A stretch of 64,000 nucleotides of DNA from Paraspadella gotoi (Eukaryota > Animalia > Chaetognatha). The position numbers were made by a program, and so were the translations under genes. This document shows positions 52,955 through 64,000 of the stretch, piece by piece. The DNA lies in NCBI GenBank assembly GCA_051294375.1, contig CM119265.1, positions 1,728,280 through 1,792,279 on the forward strand, in the 5' to 3' direction. Under the pieces are notes generated by a model. That model saw nothing but the letters and a program-made list of their open reading frames with translations, searched no databases and was not told the origin of the DNA. Each line of letters starts with the position of its first letter. Positions within the stretch are counted from its first letter, which is position 1.

Positions 52955-54188
52955 TCTTTCACCCATGCTGACGAGGCGAGAGGCGTTGCTCTTTGACTTG
53001 CATAGCAGCGCCAGGACATCCAGAGCCAATTTCAGTTGAGTCACGTGTTTCTTTCCGCACATTTGAATGACGCGGAACATGTAGGAGACCGCGCCGGCCT
53101 TTCCGAGCTGTTGGGGGGGGGGGGAACGAGAGAAAGAAATGGGGGGGGGGAACCGGGAACGAAATGGGGGGGGGGACCGGGAACGAATTGTTATGGACTC
53201 ATCACTTACATAAACCAAATAGGATAAAACGGGATTGTTTCTTGTATTTTTTAAATTCTACAAAATTGCAACATTTTCCACCTGCGAGGCGTTGACGGCG
53301 TTGTTGGCGTATATCTTGAGCACGTAGAGGGCGGGTTGCAGCGTCTTGAAGTAGTTGGCGTGATTGCGCACGAGATTGAGGGTGACGCCGAGGGCTCCAG
53401 AGAGGCGCGCCTTCACCTCGAACTTTCGGTCCTTGGGGCCCAACTTGGCGAGGATCTGGTGGAGGCTCATCACCAGCTCCTCGTTCACGGGGACGTCGCG
53501 GGACACGTTGACCAAGATGTTGAAGAGGACCTTGGTGGAGAAAAGTCTCTATTTGGTATTTCCGTGATTTCTAATAGTACTACTTTTTTACTATTAAATA
53601 TATTAATGTTCAAAAATTAATTTTTATAAATTAAATTATATTTCATTCTGAAAACTTTATTTTAATTTTTATCCAAGTTAATCAAAGTACGACAAAATGC
53701 TAATTAGTTTAATGTCTCACTTGAGTAGCTCCACGATTAATGAGAGCCGTGACCCTCTTGCTGGAGGACGACTTCCCCCCGACGAGTTCGTTAATGACGA
53801 GGACAATATTCTGAACGACGACGGGGTCCGACGACGACTCCAGGAGGACGAGCAGCGTCTCGACTCCTCCGGACGACTTGGCCGCCACCTCCTTGCGCAC
53901 CTTTTGATTGGGGTGGATGAGGAGTTGTTGGACAAAGGCCCGACACTTTCTCATTAGATACTTATTTCGATGACAAACCTTATCGTGCGAGGTCACCAGC
54001 TGTAGCAACTTGGAAGTGGCCGTCTTCAATTGCTCCCTGCGAAGACGAATGACTTGAAGTTAGGAGTTATATAAAGACAAATTAAACGAGTGATGCTGAT
54101 TTTTAACTTACACGTCGTCTCCCTGATGGGCTTCCAACGTCTGCAATAGCGACGCCACTCGGTGGCGAACGTCTTTCTTGCTGTTCAT
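40482..54188 (-). CDS. AGTPBP1: Cytosolic carboxypeptidase 1 (CCP1/Nna1 tubulin deglutamylase), more than 20 exons
   Basis: N-terminal ARM-like region ([16 protein letters not shown]), [85 protein letters not shown]; stop TGA 40484-40482 after an acidic tail. Confidence 0.95.
42533..44907 (+). mobile_element. Decayed DNA transposon with long imperfect TIRs in an AGTPBP1 intron
   Basis: TTTTTCCGCTGAAAA..TCTCGCC..AAAGTGGCCACG at the left mirrors CGTGGCACTTT..GGCGAGA..TTTTCAGCGGAAAAAA at the right; interior has broken transposase-like peptides ([24 protein letters not shown]). Confidence 0.65.
47620..49113 (+). CDS. Claudin/PMP22-superfamily-like 4-TM protein nested antisense in an AGTPBP1 intron
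   Basis: Exons 47620-47814, 48115-48204, 48284(or 48265)-48488, 48668-48901, 48976-49113. TM1 [21 protein letters not shown], Cys-containing loop, TM2 [21 protein letters not shown]3 [18 protein letters not shown]4 [21 protein letters not shown]. Confidence 0.7.
49362..49513. repeat. GC-rich multi-hairpin interspersed element (copy 2)
   Basis: Near-identical to 34017-34169. Confidence 0.85.
49832..50037. repeat. Interspersed repeat family B copy
   Basis: Aligns with 1865-2070. Confidence 0.8.
50340..50442 (-). mobile_element. HINE/Helentron-like element head
   Basis: Perfect palindrome CCGCGAGTACTCGCGG, (CCGA)n and T-rich end; reverse complement of the 14737/28541 heads. Confidence 0.6.
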
Positions 54189-54358
54189 CTTGCGAAATAT
54201 GGAAGAGAAGAAAAAAGAGAAGAAAGAGAAGAAAAAGAAAGGGAAAGAGGATGACGCAACCCGAAGGGACAGGAGACGATCGACGTTACAATGGCGGGAC
54301 AAGAGGACGGCGATTTGAGGCGAGACCAGGCACGTTGTAGGGGGAGATTGAATGAGGG

Positions 54359-54399
<41 letters not shown>

Positions 54400-54962
54400 G
54401 TTGATTTTTTCCAATTGAGTCAAAAATTTACGATCAATCGCGTCGTCGTTCGAAATAAATTTGGTTCCGAGCGTCAATATTTTGTTTCGCTACCATTAGC
54501 GCGTTTGTTTTGTTTTGTTTTTGTTTTTTTTTCAAAAATCCAGAAAACAACGAAATAAAAAGTTTCGTCCGAAAGATCAAGAAATGACTAGTTTTTTTTG
54601 GTTTTAGTTTGTTTCAAGCATTTGTAAAAAAATTTCTAGGTGAAACAATGATCACGAGTTCGGTTTTTTTTGTCTTTTTCGAAGAAACGGGGGAGAAGCC
54701 GGGAGAGAGTCATTGAGTGACTAGGTTTTTCAAAGAAGAGCTTCGTATTTACATTTTTTTTTTTTTTGTATTCCAGCCGCAAAAGTCAATCCGAAATTTT
54801 TTTTTTTCATTTGTAGCGAGAAAATTGAGAGCGAAAGCAAAGTCGTTCACGATTAAATTAGCATTTTTGGGATTTTGGAAAAACTTTTCCTCCTCATCTT
54901 CATCTTCGAAGCCTCGAGTCGGAGGCGTTCGAAACCCCGCTTCGTTTCTGTTTCACTTTCTC

Positions 54963-55622
54963 TCACTCGACGAGCGCGTCGACGATTCGCGCGAACTTCT
55001 TGGGATCGGCCTTCGGAAAGGGAACGAGATTGACATCGTCCAAACGGGTCACAGCCTCCGCCAGGCCCGTTGTCTGGGTGCGCAGGCAGTGACCCAGTTC
55101 CACCATCTTGTCGGCCAGCTCCGCCTGGTGGTCGGCCATGAGGGCGACGTTGACGACGACGATGAGCGGCTTTGCGGCGCCGAGAGCCTCTAGGACGGAG
55201 CCGGCGCCGCAATGGGAGATGATCAGGTCGGCAGAGACCATTTCCTTTTCGAGAATAAGTATTAAATTAATAATAAAATAGGAATTTAACAAAAAACCAT
55301 TCTACGAATCTACAGGATTCATTGCTCCAAGAACAGAACTTGGTCATTCCATAGATTTTCAACCGCCATCCCTCTCAGTCACTCCTATCCTTACCCTTTC
55401 GATGGAAGGCTTCAACCGGAACCACTCGATCTCCAACCCTTCATCCGTCGTCCCCTCCGGCGGCTCGAACTCTCCCTCCCCGATCTGCAGGACGAGTCGA
55501 CGAAAGCCTCGGGCGACGAGGGCGGCGCCGACCTCGGGCCGGCAGGCGCCGCGGACGAGCGCGTCGAAGGAGGTGGTGCCGACTGTGAGGAAAGCGGATT
55601 TGGAGGAAGAAGGCTCCACCAT
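54963..55622 (-). CDS. ALG13: UDP-GlcNAc transferase subunit ALG13 (short form)
   Basis: Exons 55622-55395 and 55244-54963. FLTVGTTSFDAL, LVLQIG, ADLIISHCGAGSVLEAL, LIVVVNVALMADHQAELA. Confidence 0.95.
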
Positions 55623-55934
55623 CGTAGGAGGGGGGAGTGTTGAGGAGAGACTTGGGTGCCGGTGGAGGGAAAGGGAGTGTGCCGCGGGGAGTAGGGTGAA
55701 GGGTGACGAATGCGAAATAACCAATCGGGGGAACCCTCGATTATATCCAAGCAGTATTTATTTAACTGGATCAACAATTAAATAGAAAAATATAAAATAA
55801 CAGAAACAATGTGGTTCGATAGCCATAATTTCAAACTTCAAATTTAAAACAAGGCTTTCGTTCTACTCTTTGCTAAATAAAGTTCATAGTTCGTTCCATG
55901 AAGTCATTCTCTGTACTCTTCCTCCTCCTCTCCT

Positions 55935-58900
55935 TCACTTCCTCCCCTTCTTCTTCGTCATCCTCTGCAAATGTTTCTTCTGCCTCATCCTCTTCTTCCT
56001 CTCCTCCTCAAACTTCTTGACCTCCTCGACCTTCGCTTCCCCAAAGGCTTTAAAAGAGGCGTCGGCGAGGAGCTCGTCCGCGATCGAGGCTTTCCGCTGC
56101 TTCTTGGGAATTCTGCAAGTTTGGGAGGAAAGAGAGAATTTTGAAGGGAAGGAACAGGATAGAAAAAGTAGTCATTGCAATTAATAAGCGACATTGCCTA
56201 TGTCATTTAATTTCTTTAAACTACAAAATAGCAGAAGGGGGGACAACCCTTGCTGGGTTCTTTCTTTGATAAGAAGTAGTCAATTTTCACTTTCTGGTTT
56301 AAATTTTTGCCTTGAGATTGACCTCAAACTGACCTTTCTCAGTCTCTCTCTCTCTTTTTCTATAATCATATTTAATTGTTAATTATTATTCTTCAGTTTA
56401 TCATCTTAATTCTTTACCAATGATGATGGCATAGAAATTTATGCCGAAATATATGGAAAAATCAAATTTTTTTGTAGCACAGTATTTCTCGTATTAAAAA
56501 TAAATCTTATAGTCATTTAATTAAATATTTTTACAGTAACCAGTAACTTTCAATGCAGTTTTAAAAGTTTTTAAAAAAGGCAAATAAACATTTAACAATG
56601 GCGAGAAATAACACGGCCCCTTCATTTGACTAAAATAAATGTTGAACAAAAGTAAACAAATGTCGATACTTAGATCGTGTAGAATTCTAAGAAAGGCTTA
56701 TAACTCTTTGATTTTTTTAATTTTTTTATTGTTTTTTATTTATTTTTAAACTTTCGTTTTATGGTCATTATTAGAAGGGAAAGGGAGCAGATCCCGTCGC
56801 CAAAATAAAACAAAAAAACAAAAAAAAAACCAAAACAAAAAAGGTAAGTTTTAACATTAATATATTTTAAACAAACAATGATCTCTAGTGAAGCCAAATC
56901 TCTTCAACGTCCAAACGCAGAAACGTCTTAACCCACCGCCACCTAACGACAAAGATGGTAGAACTCAACCGCATATTGGACACGGGCGTGGTCAAGCGCT
57001 GCATCCAGCTTCCGATTCCAGAGGACAAGTGCCTTGCGACCTACATCTGGATCGATGGCACTGGAGTGCAAATGCGCAACAAGACGCGGACTTTGGACAA
57101 GGAGCCTACAAACCCTAAGGAAGTTCCGGTCTGGACCTTCGACGGTTCTTCAACGGGACAACTCACCTCGGCGGGGATTCACAAGAGGTTCTAGGTTTTT
57201 TTAAATCAAAACACCGAAGATGAATAACACAATCGTTTTTCTTTATCTTAGCCCGAAAAACAACAGTCTAAACCTATAATGCAAGCAATACTCATTTCTT
57301 TTTCTTTCAGCGACCTCTACCTAATTCCAGTGGCGATGTTTCGAGACCCGTTCATGTGCGGAAACGCGAAACTCATTATGTGCGAAGTCTACAATCCCGA
57401 CAAAAAACCGGCGGCGACTAACCATCGAGCCGGCTGCGCGGCAAACATGCTCAAGGTAAACGTCCCTCATTCATCGTCTCCCTCAAGAACAAATCAATCC
57501 CACCCACCGAGCCTCGATTTCAATATTTTATCTCTATCATTTCAGGTGCGTGATCACCATCCATGGTTTGGGTTCGAACAAGAGTACACGATGCTGGACG
57601 CGGACGGGCATCCACTGGGATGGCCCAAACTGGGTTTTCCACCGCCTCAAGGCCCCTACTACTGCGGGACGGGTGCGAATCACGTGGTGGCCCGCGACGT
57701 GATCGAAGCTCATTATCGGGCCTGCCTCTGGGCCGGGGTTAGAGTCGCGGGTACCAACGCCGAGGTTATGCCCGCCCAGTGGGAATTTCAGGTGAAAATT
57801 AGCTGGGCTGATTGATATACACTAAATGCGCTTAAGCAATGCCTCGTCCTGTCACGTTTTTTCGATTTAACGGATCAGCCTAAATATAGGGAGTGGCAGG
57901 GCGTGTCACTTCAAAGAATTAGTATTAATTCATAAATTCATCTTCCAGGTCGGTCCCTGCGAGGGAATAGAACTGGGCGACCACCTCTGGATGGCCCGCT
58001 GGATTCTGTACCGCGTCTGCGAGAACTCCGGAATCGTGGTCACTCTGGACCCGAAGCCCATTCCTGGCGACTGGGCCGGGTCGGGTTGCCACGCCAACTT
58101 CTCGACGCTGGCCATGAGGGAGATCGGCGGCCTGAGTCACATCCACGAGGCCATCGAATGGCTCTCGCGCTTCCAAGCCGAACACATCGCCGCATACGAT
58201 CCTACTGGAGGCATCGACAACGCCAAGCGACTCACGGGGCGGAACGAGACGGCCAAGATCAACGAGTTCAAATACGGTGAGAATTGAAGAGGAATTCTAA
58301 TTGGGTTTGCATGTTAGAATTGTCTCCATCATGCAGACTAAACTAACGTATGTAATATCTAATTTACTGCTTCCCCTCTCCTCAAAATCCTCGCAGGCGT
58401 AGGAGATCGCGCGGGTTCCGTTCGAATTCCTCAACACGTGGGCGACGCGGAAAGGGGCTACCTAGAGGATCGACGTCCGGCCTCAAACTGCGACCCTTAT
58501 AAAGTCACCGACATGCTTATCCAGACATGCGTCCTCCACTCTACCAAGGCCTTTGAATAACCCGTTTTTTCGTTCTCATGGAATTGGAATAATATAAAGT
58601 TTTCGGCGGCGGCGGGAATGACGATTTCTTGAGAAAATTTAGTCCGATTTTATTTTTTCCTTGAAAAATTTTAGGCGTTAGTCGAATTACAATTGTTTGT
58701 GGGATAAAAAAGAAGCAAAAGCATCAATTAACCATCATTTAACCCAAAAAAAAGGTCAAAATTAGATAAATCAATTAATGATAACTATTTCAAGGTGACG
58801 ACTTATTATTTTCGATGCGCGTATACTAATTTGGGATCAAGAAAGCGATACCCAAGCCGCCCGTCGTCCACCCAAAATCCTAGCCTCACCTGGCGCTGTA

Positions 58901-60136
58901 AAAGTCTGACTTGTCTTCCTTGATGACGCCGCGTTGGAAGAACCTCGGGAGGCCCCTCATGTCGTCGCCCTTGTAAAAGGTCTTGGGGTCGAGAGACTTT
59001 CGCATCTTGAGAATCTTGAGATCGCGTTTCTCTTCCTCAGTCATCTCCGCCCTCTTCATGCCGAACCATTTGGGGCCTTTGGAGGCTTCGCGGGCCTTGA
59101 GAGAATTAGGAGGAGAGCGGGTGAATTCGGAGGAGTGAATTATGAGGAGGGCGGGTGAAGAAAAGACAAAAGTGATAGAAACTTCTTTTATTCGCCGTTC
59201 TTTCATTTATCCTTTAATTTCTATCCTTTAATTTTAAAACTCAATTAACCATTGATTTAATTTTATTAAGCTATTTGGCTTCCTGACTTTGAACAAACAG
59301 GCTACGGTAAGGTTAAGCCCTCAATCCCTCTTACAAGAAAAGCTTACAATAACGGTCACGGTCTCTAACAGTTTAACTTGTCTAATTTAACTTTATTAAC
59401 TCCCGGATTTTCAAACGGCAATCATCTTCACATCTGTAATTCTTCTTTTTTAAATCCTCATCTGCAACTCCCCCTCCCCATCCTATTCCTTCAACATCTG
59501 TTACTCTCCATCCCATTCCCCAACCATCTGCAACTCCGAATCTCATTCCTCCAGCATCTGCAACTCTCCATCCCATTCCCCAGCCATATGCAACTCCCCA
59601 TCTCATTCCCTCACCATCTGCGACTCCTTCTTCTTCTCCCTCCTCGATCTCTTCTCGCTGGGGACTGAGTGGCGTCGACTGAAGTCGTCGGTGACGAGAG
59701 AGTTGGCGAGCGCCGCCGCCGCGGGGCTGGAGGAGGAAGAGGAGTCTAGGAGAGTGTCGAGGAGAGGATTCTTGGTGGACGAATCCATCGAGGCACCTCT
59801 TGAGAGTCTCGCACCAGAGGATCCGGCGACGAGCGATTTGGGGTCGGCGCTGAAGTAGACGAGGCTGGAAACGTCGACGAGATGTTGGAGTTTTCGCGAC
59901 GCCGGATCTAGAGGCGTCGAGGGCGTCGTTTTCTTCGTCGGCGGCGGCGTCGACTTTTCCAAGGAGACGAAATCGGCGTCGAATCGAGGAGCTGCCTCGA
60001 CGCTGGAGCCGAAAGAGGAATAAATGGCGCCGACCGAGATAGCCCCGCCGGACGAGGTATCGGCGCCGGTGGAAGAGGCGGCGTCGACGCCGCTCGTCGT
60101 CGAGTCGATAAAGAACAAATCGCAGTCAGTCGCCAT
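55935..60136 (-). CDS. DNTTIP2: Fcf2-domain pre-rRNA processing protein (DNTTIP2/TdIF2)
   Basis: Exons 60136-59615, 59095-58890, 56112-55935. [47 protein letters not shown]|[17 protein letters not shown]. Confidence 0.9.
56955..58560 (+). CDS. GLUL: Glutamine synthetase (GSII type), nested antisense in DNTTIP2 intron 2
   Basis: Exons 56955-57187, 57311-57455, 57546-57791, 57949-58276, 58397-58560. [74 protein letters not shown]. Probable 5' UTR intron 56844-56920. Confidence 0.96.
59452..59627 (-). repeat. About 30-bp tandem repeat (about 6 units) whose first unit spans the DNTTIP2 exon 1 donor
   Basis: Units GGAGTYGCAGATG-NNNRGGRAATGRGATGG on the minus strand. Confidence 0.8.
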
Positions 60137-60349
60137 TTTAAAGTTTTTTTTTTTAAGTTTAATTACGAAATAACTTGAAAATAAGCATAACAAAAATGTA
60201 AATGGGAACAAACAAGTGTAAACCACAGAAAAGCAAAAATATGAATATTTTCATCCTCTTCCTCCTCTTCCTCCTCTTCTTTCTCTTCTAATATTAAACA
60301 GTTTTCTCCTTCTCAAATAAGAATTAGTCTTCCAACTCCTCCTCCTCCT

Positions 60350-60430
60350 CCTCTAATACCAATAAGTCGTCCCTCTCCTCTTCTTCCTCCTCTAATACCA
60401 ATAAGTCGTCCCTCTCCTCCTCTTCCTCCT

Positions 60431-60460
<30 letters not shown>
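60350..60460 (-). repeat. 39-bp triplication of the MRPL24 C-terminal codons and stop
   Basis: CTAATACCAATAAGTC at 60353, 60392, 60431. Confidence 0.9.
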
Positions 60461-62361
<1,901 letters not shown>

Positions 62362-62575
62362 CGCGAGTCCTTTTTATCAAAATATTATTCCTTTTTTCGA
62401 TGATTTAAATTTTAAGCCTAAGCAATAACAGAAAAGAAGAATAAATAATGGTAAAAGTAACCAAACAAAAATATTTTGAGGGGGTATAACGAAAAGTCGG
62501 TGAGGAAATGATTTCTCATAGTAGTTAATAACAAAAAATTGCGTTTTTGAGGCGAGTGAAATATTCTCATTCTTA

Positions 62576-62635
<60 letters not shown>

Positions 62636-64000
62636 TTATGTATCCGCGTCTCTTCGACGCCAAAATAAATGACTAATTAATAAATAGTGAATTTCTAATA
62701 TAGCTAAATTAACAAACGGAAAATGAAACCAGTAGAAAGGTTCTCATAATTAAAACCAAGCGGGCTCAAATCTCGGGAGTTTTAGAGTAGACAGAACGAA
62801 TTGTAATTAACCGAAAGAGAAAAAAACACGATTCTTAACAAACGTTTGCTTGGTTATATTAATATAGTTTCATCCGAACTAAACTTGCGTCCGAGAGCCA
62901 CGAGTTGATGAACATCCCGACGCTGAAAATTTTAAAAATAATTTCATAAATCACGGCGACGTCGTAATTTTTGTGGATAAGTGTAAAAAAAGGCGTACGT
63001 GGTTCGTTTTTTGTTTAAATACTTAATCATACATATGTTTCCCTTCATTTTGTCAGAGTAAACAGGCGAAAAAATAATTAGAGAATAGTAAAATGCGGAA
63101 ATTAATCAATATCTAATGCATAATTGAATAAATTAATTTTCTCCGAGGTTGTATTTCAATTTCGTTCTTTTTCGAATTTCGAGTACATACAGTCTTGAAT
63201 AATTTTTGGATGACCCATAACAAAAACGCTCGGTTGCATTAGGCAAATTACGTAATAAAGTATAATAGGTTTTTTTTGACAATGCAATGAAGCATTGTAA
63301 CAAAATGCCTCGATCATACATAACTTGTAGTTGGTAGTTATAATTGCGGTAATACATAATAGTCATGCCGTAAAAGTTGTGTAGGAAAGTGGAAGGTGAG
63401 GGGAGGGGAATGTGAGGGGAGGGAAGTGTTGTTTCGGTTAAAGATCCTTTGAAAATCACGACGAATACAAATAAAAAGAATTTGACAATACTCAAAAACA
63501 TAAATTTAAAAAAAAAAAAACAAATTAAACTTGACCCCTGAGTGAATTACCTACAAAACTCCAAAATAATTAAACCTTAAATAACCAGAGTCCTCCTAGG
63601 ACGCGCGAGTTTTTCAAACGTGCATGTTTGCGAGTGCAAGTTGCATGTTTGCGAAAGTGTGAACGTGCGGGGAAGCAGGAACTTGCGATATTTCATAAAC
63701 GGACGCGGCAATGCGAATCTACTCTCCTACGGTCACATGCTTTTTAAATCGCTAAATATCAAAGTAGCAGTCAACAAGTATGTACGATATAAATAAAACT
63801 TAATAAGTAGTAAGTACCTATAAATGTTTTTTTTAAATAAGCGTCGATAAAAGTGGCAGCGCGCTTCAAAAAGCCGAAGCGAGGCCGGTAGCGAGAAAGG
63901 GGGAGGGAGAGCGTTAAGGTTTCTTGTTTTTTGCTCAAGTAATATTCTCTTGATTCGTGCTTTTTTTGAGTGTTTTTAAGTTGTTCTATTGGTAATATTT

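Noticed and set aside
56417-56460. Hammerhead-like TGATGA..GGCATA/TATGCC..GAAA (also at about 21823)
   Set aside because: The core or stems are broken (ATGATGA here; disrupted stem II at 21823); at best decayed Penelope ends.
63133-63501. 122-aa minus-strand ORF upstream of MRPL24
   Set aside because: AT-rich, no recognisable motif or splice partners; likely spurious.

Overview
Gene-dense window from an intron-containing animal genome (AT-rich introns, GC-rich exons, many (GA)n/(CT)n microsatellites). The ORF track is mostly noise, so genes were rebuilt by hand from splice sites and protein motifs. Left to right: the 3' part of a class-A peptide-type GPCR; a degenerate STELLO/DUF288-like glycosyltransferase with a 1-nt frame break; two tandem PAN/apple-domain membrane proteins, the second with a CD-M6PR/ATG27-type TM and tail; an intronless XK-related multipass protein plus a deleted duplicate; and two tandem GRB2/Drk paralogues. 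A tight minus-strand run follows (MRPL24, DNTTIP2/Fcf2, ALG13, AGTPBP1/CCP1, TOMM40), with two antisense nested genes: glutamine synthetase inside DNTTIP2 and a claudin-like gene inside AGTPBP1. Repeats include two tRNA-derived SINE families, Helentron/HINE-like elements, MITEs filled with degenerate TTAGGG, a decayed TIR transposon and Penelope-type hammerhead relics. The strongest leads are a hidden in-frame terminal exon giving CCP1 a polybasic CaaX (CVVA) tail beyond its stop codon, the PAN-PAN-M6PR-tail receptor, and a GRB2 paralogue lacking the SH2 specificity Trp. All family assignments come from remembered motifs, not database searches, and exon boundaries need RNA-seq confirmation.
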